From an uncultured Gammaproteobacteria bacterium (GTDB lineage Bacteria > Patescibacteriota > Microgenomatia > UBA8517): DNA of 47,839 bases. Shown here one piece after another: positions 17,144 through 27,876 of the stretch. Under the pieces are notes generated by a model. That model saw only the letters and a program-made list of their open reading frames with translations. It searched no databases and was not told the origin of the DNA. Location: NCBI GenBank assembly GCA_964427735.1, contig CAYRUS010000003.1, positions 1-47,839 of the forward strand, written 5' to 3'. How positions within the stretch are numbered: position 1 is the first letter of the stretch; each line of letters starts with the position of its first letter. The position numbers and the translations under genes are program-made.

Positions 17144-18907
17144 TTATTCTTGAGCAACTCTCAAAACCTCATCAACCGTAGTTATCCCTTCTATAACCTT
17201 CATGTATCCATCTTGCTTCATGGTTATCATTCCATCGCTTCTTGCTTGCTTTTCAATTTCTCCTGAAGAAGCACGCTCTAAAATCAGACTACTAACTTTT
17301 TCATTCACCGTCAATACTTCAAAAACACCGACTCTTCCGAAATAACCAGAGTTTCCACACTCAACATCTCCTTGACCTTTATAAAGCTTTTGAACACCTT
17401 GTTTTGGGTAGTAAGGTCCTAGTGAGAGCTTCATTTCCTCTAGTACTTTTTCTTCGGGTTGATAATCTGTTATACAATCTTTATGTATTCTCCTAACAAC
17501 ACGTTGAGCTAAAATAGCAGTCATTGACGAAGCTAACAAATATGGTTCAGCTCCCATGTCCAAAAGTCGAGGTAATGCACCAGAAGCATCATTTGTATGA
17601 AGTGTGGAAAATACTAAATGTCCGGTTAAAGATGCTTGAATTGCCAAGTCAGCTGTTTCCTTGTCTCTAATTTCTCCAACAAGTATTACATTTGGATCCT
17701 GACGTAGAAAAGAGCGCAAACCAGATGCAAAGGTAAGACCAGCTGCAGGATTAACTTGAACTTGGTTAACACCTTGAATTTTATATTCAATCGGGTCTTC
17801 TAAAGTCATTATATTTACCTTAGGTGTGTTTATCCTTTGTATAATTGAATAAAGTGTGGTTGTTTTTCCAGAACCTGTAGGACCGCAAATAACAATAATG
17901 CCGTGAGGTCTAAGTATTGCATTCTCCAAATTCTTAAGAGCACTAGCTCGCAATCCTAATTCAGGTAAATCTGGTATTCCGCCGGTTTTTTTAAGAAGCC
18001 TCATTACTACTTTTTCACCCCAGGTTGTTGGTAAAGTAGACACACGCAAGTCAACTTCCTGTTCACTTTCGCTAAAATTAAACCTACCGTCTTGAGGAAC
18101 ACGTTTCTCATCAATTTTCATACCTGAGAGAATTTTAATTCTGGACACCAATGCATCGTGAAGGGCTTTAGGAATAGTTAATTTTTCTTGTAATATTCCG
18201 TCAATTCTGTAGCGAACTCTTGTTGAGCGTTCAAGCGGTTCAATATGGACATCTGATGCACGGCTTTTTACACCAAAGTCAAGAATGTGCCTTACAATCT
18301 CTGCTACTTTTTCTTCTCTGATAAAACCACCGGATTTCTGCATAGCAATTAATGTGTTTGTGGTATCTGTCGGTTTGACTTCCTTCAAGGCTTTTGTGAC
18401 TTCTTGGGCTAGGGAAGTAGAATATCTGGTTACTATAAAATCACTAATTTTGCTTGCAGGTGCTGCCTGAGGACGGACTCTCATTCCTGTCTTTTTCTCA
18501 ATAAACTCAATCGCATTCAAATCAAGAGGATTAGCCATTGCTAAAACCAATTCTTTGCTGTTTTTATCAACAGATAAAGGAAAGGCTTGAAATTTTTCTG
18601 CCACTTCTTGTGGCAATAAAGCCAAAGCTTCTGGAGAGCTAGGAACCTGAGTTAGATCATTATATGGAACGTTGTAAAGTGCGGCTTTTGCTTTTATCAT
18701 ATCTTCATCTGATACAAGCCTTTGATCTTTAAGAATCTGTTCCTGACTTTTTCCTGTTTGAATTTCACTAACTTTTACCTGCTCAGCCCTGCTTTTATCA
18801 AGAGCTCCTTGGTCGACTAGAATATCTGCAAGAGTTTTATTGTCTGAATTTTTAAAAATTGAAGGATTAATGGAATTTGGGGCAGCCATATTACTATCAT
18901 TATGCAT
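17144..18907 (-). CDS. pilB: Pilus extension ATPase PilB (GspE family)
   Basis: N-terminal GSPII_E_N-like domain. Walker A GPTGSGKTT, VILVGEIRD, FSTLHTND. 587 aa. Confidence 0.9.
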   Translation of the reverse strand: MHNDSNMAAPNSINPSIFKNSDNKTLADILVDQGALDKSRAEQVKVSEIQTGKSQEQILKDQRLVSDEDMIKAKAALYNVPYNDLTQVPSSPEALALLPQEVAEKFQAFPLSVDKNSKELVLAMANPLDLNAIEFIEKKTGMRVRPQAAPASKISDFIVTRYSTSLAQEVTKALKEVKPTDTTNTLIAMQKSGGFIREEKVAEIVRHILDFGVKSRASDVHIEPLERSTRVRYRIDGILQEKLTIPKALHDALVSRIKILSGMKIDEKRVPQDGRFNFSESEQEVDLRVSTLPTTWGEKVVMRLLKKTGGIPDLPELGLRASALKNLENAILRPHGIIVICGPTGSGKTTTLYSIIQRINTPKVNIMTLEDPIEYKIQGVNQVQVNPAAGLTFASGLRSFLRQDPNVILVGEIRDKETADLAIQASLTGHLVFSTLHTNDASGALPRLLDMGAEPYLLASSMTAILAQRVVRRIHKDCITDYQPEEKVLEEMKLSLGPYYPKQGVQKLYKGQGDVECGNSGYFGRVGVFEVLTVNEKVSSLILERASSGEIEKQARSDGMITMKQDGYMKVIEGITTVDEVLRVAQE

Positions 18908-18942
18908 TAATATATATTAAGCTTCAACTATCATATATTCAT

Positions 18943-19551
18943 ATGCACGCATTTATAATCGTAAGAAAATCAAAGGAAACTGCATCCAAAAAAATCAGAT
19001 CCCTAGCTGAAAAATATAATGCACAAATCTTTGAATTTCCTTTAAATAAGATATCAGATATAAGAGATCTGGAAAAGATTGCACGATTTAACCAAAGAAA
19101 AAATATTATCTTTACTTCAAACATTGAAAATATAACAACCGAAGCTGCAAATGCTTTATTAAAAATAATCGAAGAACCCAACAAAGGTATATTTTTTGCT
19201 TTTACAACAAAAAATGCTAACTCTGTCTTACCAACAATTCTTTCAAGGTGTCATGTTATAAATCTGTCAGGTGAGATAATAGAATTTGATGAATCAATAA
19301 AGAAGTTTGTTTCCCAAAATATTGGTAACCAATTAAAAACCATTGACTTAATTAAGAATAGAGAAAATGCTATAGATTTTTTAGAAAGTGTTCTGGAGTA
19401 CTGTGAACAAAATATTTACAAATCAGAAAATAGAGAGGAATTGTCAAATGTCTTGGAATTAGGAGATAGTTGTCTTTCTAATATCAAAGCAAACGGGAGT
19501 GTTGGTGTGCATTTAACTAATTTTATTATTAAAATTAATGACATAGCTTGA
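18943..19551 (+). CDS. holB: DNA polymerase III delta-prime-like clamp-loader subunit (short)
   Basis: ..AANALLKIIEEPNKGIFFAFTT..LPTILSRCHVINL (SRC motif). Start set to the ATG at 18943 (MHAFIIV..), because the ORF-track start overlaps pilB. Confidence 0.6.
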   Translation: MHAFIIVRKSKETASKKIRSLAEKYNAQIFEFPLNKISDIRDLEKIARFNQRKNIIFTSNIENITTEAANALLKIIEEPNKGIFFAFTTKNANSVLPTILSRCHVINLSGEIIEFDESIKKFVSQNIGNQLKTIDLIKNRENAIDFLESVLEYCEQNIYKSENREELSNVLELGDSCLSNIKANGSVGVHLTNFIIKINDIA

Positions 19552-19665
19552 TAAATAGTTTAATTTAAACTAGGATTAGTTCTTGCAACCACAAGTTATA
19601 TCTAATAAGTTTGTTATTTTTAAGAAACTTAGCTTTATAGTTGAACCTAAATTAGGTATAATTAG

Positions 19666-21657
<1,992 letters not shown>

Positions 21658-21659
21658 TA

Positions 21660-21687
21660 TTGACCTTGTCAAAATCGGACTTATAAT
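21660..21687 (+). promoter_or_regulatory. Sigma70-like promoter abutting the ppa start codon (TTGACC-16 nt-TATAAT)
   Basis: -35 at 21660-21665, -10 at 21682-21687. The ATG at 21694 is 7 nt after the -10, which implies a leaderless or near-leaderless mRNA. Confidence 0.45.
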
Positions 21688-21693
21688 ATAAAT

Positions 21694-22179
21694 ATGGATT
21701 TTAAAGTTTTTGTCGAAATACCAGTAAGCAGCTCAGTTAAATACGAAGTAGACGAAGAAACAGGCGAGCTAACTGTTGACAGATTTATGTTTACTTCATT
21801 TGTTTATCCCTTTAACTACGGTTATATACAAGGAACATTAGGTGAAGATAATGATCCTCTAGACGTTTTAGTTTTATCTTCTCACACAGTTCATCCCGGT
21901 GTCGTTATCAAGTGCCATGCTATTGGACTACTTGAAATGGAGGATGAAGGAGGAGTTGATACAAAAATAATTGCTGTTCCGGACGTTAAAATTGACCCTG
22001 TATTTGGTGAATATAAGGACATAAACAATGTACCTGAAATAACCAAGCGAAAAATCAAACACTTTTTTGATCATATGAAGGAATTAGAAGAAGGAAAGTG
22101 GGTAAAAACAGGAGAGTTTTTAGGGAAAGAAGATGCAGAAAACATAATCAAAGAATCTTCAGAAAGGTCTTCTCAATAA
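21694..22179 (+). CDS. ppa: Inorganic pyrophosphatase, family I
   Basis: EIPVSSSVKYEVDEETG..DRF..YPFNYGYIQGTLGEDNDPLDVLVL. 161 aa. Confidence 0.93.
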   Translation: MDFKVFVEIPVSSSVKYEVDEETGELTVDRFMFTSFVYPFNYGYIQGTLGEDNDPLDVLVLSSHTVHPGVVIKCHAIGLLEMEDEGGVDTKIIAVPDVKIDPVFGEYKDINNVPEITKRKIKHFFDHMKELEEGKWVKTGEFLGKEDAENIIKESSERSSQ

Positions 22180-22224
22180 ACTTCTTCTAAATTCAGAACC
22201 AATCCTAGAGTTGAAATACCATTT

Positions 22225-22292
22225 CACAATATCACAGCTCTGATATTGTGCGACTATCTTTAGGGAGTCTCCCTGTAAGTACGTCGCACATT
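22225..22292. repeat. Compound inverted-repeat element carrying two copies of the GTCGCACA(A/T)T motif
   Basis: CACAATATCA-cagctc-TGATATTGTG (22225-22250) is a perfect 10-bp stem. It overlaps GTGCGAC (22248-54), which pairs with GTCGCAC (22283-89). That pair encloses CTT.AGGGA-gtc-TCCCT..AAG. The element lies between the convergent ppa gene and 22328..23095. Confidence 0.6.
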
Positions 22293-22327
22293 CTAAGGAT
22301 AAATTATTGAAGTAATTAATATGTTGA

Positions 22328-23095
22328 TTAAAATTCGCTATGACAGAAATAGCTTCCTATTGGTGCTGCTTCTGTTAATCTAAAGCTTTTAACTACAAAT
22401 GCAGAAGCACTACCGCCATCTAAATTAATTGCGTTGCTTGTTGCTATTCCTGACTTATCGGAAAACTCTTTTATTATTTGAGGTAAATCAGCTAGATGTG
22501 GACCATTAAAAAAGTTGTTCTTTTGATAAACAATTGCAAAATACAATCTATTATTGAAGTCTGATATTCCCAAAACTCTTCTAGCAGGTTTATCAGTTTT
22601 TAAAGATAGACTAATTGGATTGCCTCCAAAATATAGCAAAGGTCCTGTTTGTAATACATTTTCCCACATTCCATCTGATTTATCACTAATTTCCACAGTA
22701 CTTTCATCAAACTGCAAAAAGCCATTGAATAGATAGTTTCTTTGATAATCAGAAAGCTTTTCACCATTTATTACAAATAAACCTATTGGTTTACCGTCTT
22801 CACTATAAAAACCAGCATTTATTAACATTGTGCAATTATTTTTCTCAAAAATATCAATGCTTTTTTCTTGGTCATTTAAATTATTATGAAGACTCAGTCC
22901 TTTTATATCATCAACCTCATACCAAGCAATTTCATAATCTTGATCATTTAAATTTACACTGACAATATTTTCGTAATCTACTTGATCCTCAACTGAAGAA
23001 GGTAACGGCACATTATTTGTATTGTCAACGTCTCTATTACTAAGCAATAAAATAACTCCCACTAAGATAAAAATCAGTAAAAATATTTTACCCAT
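22328..23095 (-). CDS. Phosphodiester glycosidase-family protein (DUF2233-like), membrane-anchored
   Basis: N-terminal TM. ..INAGFYSEDGKPIGLFVINGEKLS.. and ..AINLDGGSASAFVV.. are typical of the NAGPA/DUF2233 fold. Confidence 0.6.
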   Translation of the reverse strand: MGKIFLLIFILVGVILLLSNRDVDNTNNVPLPSSVEDQVDYENIVSVNLNDQDYEIAWYEVDDIKGLSLHNNLNDQEKSIDIFEKNNCTMLINAGFYSEDGKPIGLFVINGEKLSDYQRNYLFNGFLQFDESTVEISDKSDGMWENVLQTGPLLYFGGNPISLSLKTDKPARRVLGISDFNNRLYFAIVYQKNNFFNGPHLADLPQIIKEFSDKSGIATSNAINLDGGSASAFVVKSFRLTEAAPIGSYFCHSEF

Positions 23096-23195
23096 AAGTA
23101 TATATTGTACAAAATTTATTAGGTTTAACCAAAGTTGGACATCGGCTTTGAAATGCTATAGAATGTCTTTTGCGTGAGCTTCTTTACGCACTCAT

Positions 23196-25826
23196 ATGTC
23201 GGATATAGGAAACGTCAAACCAACAGAAATTACCGCGGAAATGCAGAAAAGCTATCTGGATTATGCGATGAGCGTAATTGTCTCCAGAGCTCTGCCCGAC
23301 ATTAGAGACGGTTTAAAGCCGGTACATAGAAGAATTCTTTATGCAATGCACCTTATGAACTTAAAGCCGGGTGGTTCATTTAGCAAATCTGCAAAAGTGG
23401 TAGGTGAAGTTTTAGGTAAATATCACCCTCACTCAGATGCTGCAGTTTATGATGCCTTGGTCAGACTTGCTCAAGATTTCTCGATGAGATATCCACTTGT
23501 AAAAGGGCAAGGAAATTTTGGCTCTGTTGACGGTGACCCTGCTGCAGCAATGCGTTATACAGAAGTAAAAATGGCTCCTATCAGTTCATACATTCTCAGG
23601 GATATAGAAAAAAACACCGTTGATTTTGTAGATAATTTTGATGGCACACTTCAAGAACCTTCTTATCTACCGGCCTTATTACCAAATCTACTTCTAATGG
23701 GTTCAGAAGGTATAGCTGTAGGAATGGCAACAAAAATACCACCCCACAATCTCACAGAAGTTATAGATGCAATAAATGCAACCGTCAAAAAGGGGAGTGT
23801 AGTTGTAGACAACGAAGCTTATACAGCAGAAATAGACGTTGTCTTGGAAAAAATCAAGAAAATTTCTGCTGGAGAAATGCAAGGTTTAACCGAAAACGAC
23901 ACTAAACCAAGAGCTATCAGTTTTGATAGTGAAATTACAATCGATGAGCTTGTAGAAATAATTCCAGGTCCTGACTTTCCAACAGGCGGGACAATCTATG
24001 ACGCAGAATCTCTAAAAGAAGTGTATGCATCAGGAAGAGGACGCATAGTTGTGAGAGGAGTAGCTCAAATTAAAGAAGGTAGCAGAGGCAAACAGCAAAT
24101 TATTATTTCTGAAATTCCATACCAAGTTAACAAAGCACACCTTGTCAAAAAAATAGCTGATTTAGTGAGAGACAAAAAAATCAAAGGAATATCTGATTTA
24201 AGAGACGAATCAGATAAGGACGGTATGAGAATAGTTGTGGAGTTAAAGAAAAGCTCAAGACCTAAAGCAGTATTAAATAACATTTATAAACAAACAAAAC
24301 TTCAAACAACGTTCCCAGCAAACTTTGTTGCTTTGGTGGAAGGTACACCATTTACTTTAGGACTCAAAACTATACTTACTGAATACATAAAACACAGACA
24401 AAAAGTTATTATCAGAAGAACAATATATGAACTTACAGAAGCATCCAAGCGAGCTCACATTTTAGAGGGTTTGAAAATTGCTTTAGACAATCTAGACGAA
24501 GTAATAAAAACCATTAGAAACAGTAAAACTCAAGAAGATGCTAAAAATAACCTTATTAAAAAGTTTGGTTTAACAGCTATCCAATCCACAGCAATCTTGG
24601 ATATGCAATTAAGAAGACTTGCTGCTCTTGAGAGAGAAAAAATTGAAAAAGAATACGAGGAAATCAAAAAATTAATTGATACTTTGATTTCCATACTCAG
24701 AACCCCTGATAAAACACTAAAAATAATGGGTGATGAGCTTGCTGAACTCCGAGAAAAGCACGGAGATGAAAGAAAAACTAAAATATTCAAAAAAGCTCTT
24801 GGCAAATTTAGTGAAGAAGATTTGATAGCTAAAAAAGACACATTAATAACACTTACAAGAACAGGCTACATAAAAAGAGTACCTCGAGGCACATATAGAG
24901 CACAAAGAAGAGGTGGAAAAGGTGTAGTTGGTATGAAGACAAAAGACGAAGATGAAATTGAACATGTAGTATCTGCTACTACTCACGATGAAATCCTATT
25001 CTTTACTGATAAGGGTAAAGTTTACGGTACAAAAGCTTGGGAAATAGAAGAAACCACTAGACAGGCACGAGGACAAGCTATCGTAAACATCATAGGAATT
25101 GATCAAGAAGAAAAAATAATGTCTATCCTTCCTCTCAGCAAAGATACTAATATAACCCACCTTATCATGTCTACAAAACAAGGTGTTGTAAAGAAAACAC
25201 CATTAAAAGACTTTAAAAACATGCGAACTTCAGGATTAATTGCTATAAAACTAAAAGACAGTGATGAGTTAGTTCAAGTGTGTGAAACAAGAGGTGATGA
25301 CCATGTATTCTTAGTAACAAAAAAAGGCAAAGCAATCCGCTTTAAAGAAAAAGATGTGCGCCCAATGGGAAGATCAACAACTGGAGTTAAAGGTATTAAC
25401 TTAAACAAAGATGACGAAGTTATTGCTATGGAAATCTTTAGTGAAAAAATAAAACAACCAAGTGACAAACGACTAAAAGTCTTCAGGGATTTACTAACCA
25501 TCTCTGAAAAGGGGATCGGAAAAAGAACCCCAATAAGACTTTTCCCAGTACAAAAAAGAGCAGGAAAGGGAGTTAAAGCAGCAGTTGTTAATAATAAGAC
25601 AGGAGATCTTGCAGGAGCTTCTATAGTAACAAGAAAAATCGGTCAAATTGTATTAACAAGCATCCATGGACAAGTAATAAAGCTTCCACTCAAAAACATC
25701 CCTCAGATGGGTAGGTCCACACAAGGAGTAATAATGATGCGATTTGGTAAAAAGAAAAACGACAAGGTAGCAGCAATGGCAACATTAGCTAAAGTGAAAA
25801 AGAAAGAAGAACAAGCAAAGTCTTAA
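23196..25826 (+). CDS. gyrA: DNA gyrase subunit A
   Basis: [36 protein letters not shown] (active-site Tyr). [11 protein letters not shown]-terminal repeated beta-pinwheel blades. 876 aa. Confidence 0.97.
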   Translation: MSDIGNVKPTEITAEMQKSYLDYAMSVIVSRALPDIRDGLKPVHRRILYAMHLMNLKPGGSFSKSAKVVGEVLGKYHPHSDAAVYDALVRLAQDFSMRYPLVKGQGNFGSVDGDPAAAMRYTEVKMAPISSYILRDIEKNTVDFVDNFDGTLQEPSYLPALLPNLLLMGSEGIAVGMATKIPPHNLTEVIDAINATVKKGSVVVDNEAYTAEIDVVLEKIKKISAGEMQGLTENDTKPRAISFDSEITIDELVEIIPGPDFPTGGTIYDAESLKEVYASGRGRIVVRGVAQIKEGSRGKQQIIISEIPYQVNKAHLVKKIADLVRDKKIKGISDLRDESDKDGMRIVVELKKSSRPKAVLNNIYKQTKLQTTFPANFVALVEGTPFTLGLKTILTEYIKHRQKVIIRRTIYELTEASKRAHILEGLKIALDNLDEVIKTIRNSKTQEDAKNNLIKKFGLTAIQSTAILDMQLRRLAALEREKIEKEYEEIKKLIDTLISILRTPDKTLKIMGDELAELREKHGDERKTKIFKKALGKFSEEDLIAKKDTLITLTRTGYIKRVPRGTYRAQRRGGKGVVGMKTKDEDEIEHVVSATTHDEILFFTDKGKVYGTKAWEIEETTRQARGQAIVNIIGIDQEEKIMSILPLSKDTNITHLIMSTKQGVVKKTPLKDFKNMRTSGLIAIKLKDSDELVQVCETRGDDHVFLVTKKGKAIRFKEKDVRPMGRSTTGVKGINLNKDDEVIAMEIFSEKIKQPSDKRLKVFRDLLTISEKGIGKRTPIRLFPVQKRAGKGVKAAVVNNKTGDLAGASIVTRKIGQIVLTSIHGQVIKLPLKNIPQMGRSTQGVIMMRFGKKKNDKVAAMATLAKVKKKEEQAKS

Positions 25827-25842
25827 AAGGAACACTCTTACT

Positions 25843-26793
25843 CTAATCCTTACCACCTTTACCATGGAATGATTCATGGATTTCCTTTAAGTGTTTATGA
25901 GTAACATGAGTATAAACTTGGGTAGTTTGAATATTCTCATGACCAAGCATTTCCTGGACACTTCGAATATCAGCCCCTGCCATAAGTAAATCAGTAGCAA
26001 AAGAGTGTCTGAGTATATGAGGTGTAGCATCTACTGGCAGACTAACCTTTTTAGCATACTTTTTTATCATTCTCTGCACAGAACGCGGAGTCAAGCGAGA
26101 TTCTTCATCGGTAATACTTGGGTTAACTCGTTTATCGTGTCTTATAAATAAGGGTTTAAAATGGTCTTCTCTTGCTTCCAAATATTTTGCAATCCAATCT
26201 GCTGCACGCCTTGATAAAAACACTACTCTTGCTTTACCACCTTTACCAATAACCCCAAACTCACGCCTATTTAGGTTTACTTTATCTCTATCAAGCTTAA
26301 CCAGTTCACTAACACGCAAACCGGTTGAAAAAAGCACTTCTAATATTGCTTTGTCTCTTTTTCCGCTTAAGTTAGATAGAGACGGTGCATTCAAAAGCCT
26401 GTCAACTTGTTCACCGTTCAAATATTTTATATGTCTATCTTTCACTTTAGGCAAATCGATTTTTTCGGGAGCCAAGACATCATAATCATTTTTTGTTAGC
26501 CATTTCATAAATGAGCGAAGTGAGATGACATGATATCCTTGAGTTTTCTTAGATAGAGTACCTCCTTTTCCATCATCCAAACGCGATAAATACAATCTAA
26601 AATCCCGTACAACATCTAAATTGATATCTTCTAATGACTTATTAGGATGATTATCACTCATCCAATGATTAAAACGAGACAAATAATGTTTGTAATTTCT
26701 TATAGTTAGGGGAGAGGAACCCTTTTCAACTTCCATATATTTAAGGAAGTCATCTATTTTAGTAGATAATAACGCATTAGACTGGGCAGACAT
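25843..26793 (-). CDS. Tyrosine site-specific recombinase, XerC/XerD-like
   Basis: N-terminal SAM-like core-binding domain (FLKYMEVEKGSSPLTIRNYKHYLSRF). Catalytic contexts GLRVSELVKL, HILRHSFAT and GHENIQTTQVYTHV. Confidence 0.85.
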   Translation of the reverse strand: MSAQSNALLSTKIDDFLKYMEVEKGSSPLTIRNYKHYLSRFNHWMSDNHPNKSLEDINLDVVRDFRLYLSRLDDGKGGTLSKKTQGYHVISLRSFMKWLTKNDYDVLAPEKIDLPKVKDRHIKYLNGEQVDRLLNAPSLSNLSGKRDKAILEVLFSTGLRVSELVKLDRDKVNLNRREFGVIGKGGKARVVFLSRRAADWIAKYLEAREDHFKPLFIRHDKRVNPSITDEESRLTPRSVQRMIKKYAKKVSLPVDATPHILRHSFATDLLMAGADIRSVQEMLGHENIQTTQVYTHVTHKHLKEIHESFHGKGGKD

Positions 26794-26808
26794 CTTTATA
26801 CTGTATTA

Positions 26809-26837
26809 AGTCTACAATGAATCTAAATTTAAGTCAA
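26809..26837 (-). promoter_or_regulatory. Possible promoter of the recombinase gene (TTGACT-17 nt-TAGACT)
   Basis: Minus-strand -35 TTGACT (plus-strand 26832-26837) and a weak -10 TAGACT (26809-26814). A copy of the TACGTCGCACAAT motif sits 1 nt upstream of the -35. Confidence 0.3.
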
Positions 26838-26838
26838 T

Positions 26839-26851
26839 ATTGTGCGACGTA
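26839..26851. repeat. Single copy of the 13-bp motif ATTGTGCGACGTA (reverse complement TACGTCGCACAAT)
   Basis: Exact string read in sequence. Related copies lie at 22243-22254, 22280-22292, 27441-27453 and 27458-27469. Confidence 0.7.
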
Positions 26852-27441
26852 TAATTTTTTATATGATTTCTTTAATGCAGTTTGCGTCATTGCTTTTAAA
26901 TTTTTTTAACTAACTTAAAAATTAGAATCCAATAATATTTGTGAATTAAAAAAATTAAGTTGGACCAAAAAAATATAAAAACTTTTCTGGTGTTATTATT
27001 TATCAGAATATCAATAACAAATCTTTAATTAGATATTTCAACGAATCAATACCACTACAAACAATTACTATAATTTTACATATGTATTTGAGCCTAATTT
27101 GTGTATATTTCGTGCCTACGACCTCACTAGAGCCATTCTAAGAGACTTTTATATTTATAATGACTAACTACTCATCTAAGTACACTTTATATCCATATAT
27201 GTTAGGTAAATAAAGGAGATTCCGAAAATAATCAGTCCGGGGGAGTCATTTTACTTATAATAGAGTAGCACGAGCCTAATCGTGCCTAGCAATAAGGCAC
27301 AAAAATATTTAGTTAAACACCATAAAAGAGTAGTATTTAAAAATTTGAGTTTAAAACGACAAGTCTAGGTAGCAAGTTAAATATAAATATAAATAATAAA
27401 TTTAATTGAAAATATAACCCTACCCTTATCAAATTGTTCTT

Positions 27442-27469
27442 ACGTCGCAAAAGTATTATTGTGCGACAT
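27442..27469. repeat. 28-bp imperfect palindrome with 11-6-11 geometry (candidate tyrosine-recombinase/dif-like site)
   Basis: ACGTCGCAAAA GTATTA TTGTGCGACAT. The arms match in 9 of 11 positions when one is reverse-complemented. The site lies ~650 bp upstream of the Xer-like gene inside an ORF-free gap. Confidence 0.4.
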
Positions 27470-27876
27470 TGTGTTTTTTATCGTTCTATAGATCTTTTGA
27501 TTGTTACAGAAAAATATTTGATTCATTCAAGAGGATAAAACGATAAATGCTTTCATTAATTTAAGATTATATCTAATGTAACATTTATCCTCTTCGGTGC
27601 AGTATATGCTTCATTTTTTTAATAGTTAGTATTACTTCTGTAAGGAAGTTTGTCCACAATTCTCCTCAAAACTTACTATATCTAACTATATCATCTAGCC
27701 TTAAATGATACTCCGTGTTCTTTTGTTTGGATAATTAATAATATTATTATGGGATGTGAAAACACTCTTTGTTTAGTGTGAAAATATCCAAAATTAACCT
27801 ATAATTATTATGGGGTATTTTATATCTCCTCTCTCTCCTCTAGCTTTTATCTATAAAAATTTTATCTAAAGCTTTA

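Noticed and set aside
18908-18942. Origin-like strand switch at the pilB/holB divergence
   Set aside because: Genes do diverge here, minus to the left and plus to the right. However, the spacer is only 35 bp with no room for DnaA boxes or an unwinding element, and orientation flips again after gyrA.
25843-26793. Phage or ICE integrase marking a mobile element
   Set aside because: The domain layout and motifs are XerC/XerD-like. No phage, conjugation, transposase or cargo genes flank it; the neighbours are gyrA and yebC. The adjacent tRNA-free gap has no direct-repeat att pair that I could find.
26794-27876. Replication origin (oriC) in the long AT-rich gap
   Set aside because: Only degenerate DnaA-box-like strings are present: TTGTCCACA at 27650-27658 and two TTTTCACA-type strings on the other strand. 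That many are expected by chance in 1 kb of AT-rich DNA. No dnaA or dnaN lies nearby, and gene orientation does not diverge from this gap. The idea stays testable through GC skew in the gap finding.
26794-27876. CRISPR array or other regularly spaced repeat array
   Set aside because: The repeated strings are short (9-17 bp), few, irregularly spaced and partly inverted. There is no repeat-spacer periodicity, and no cas genes occur anywhere in the window.
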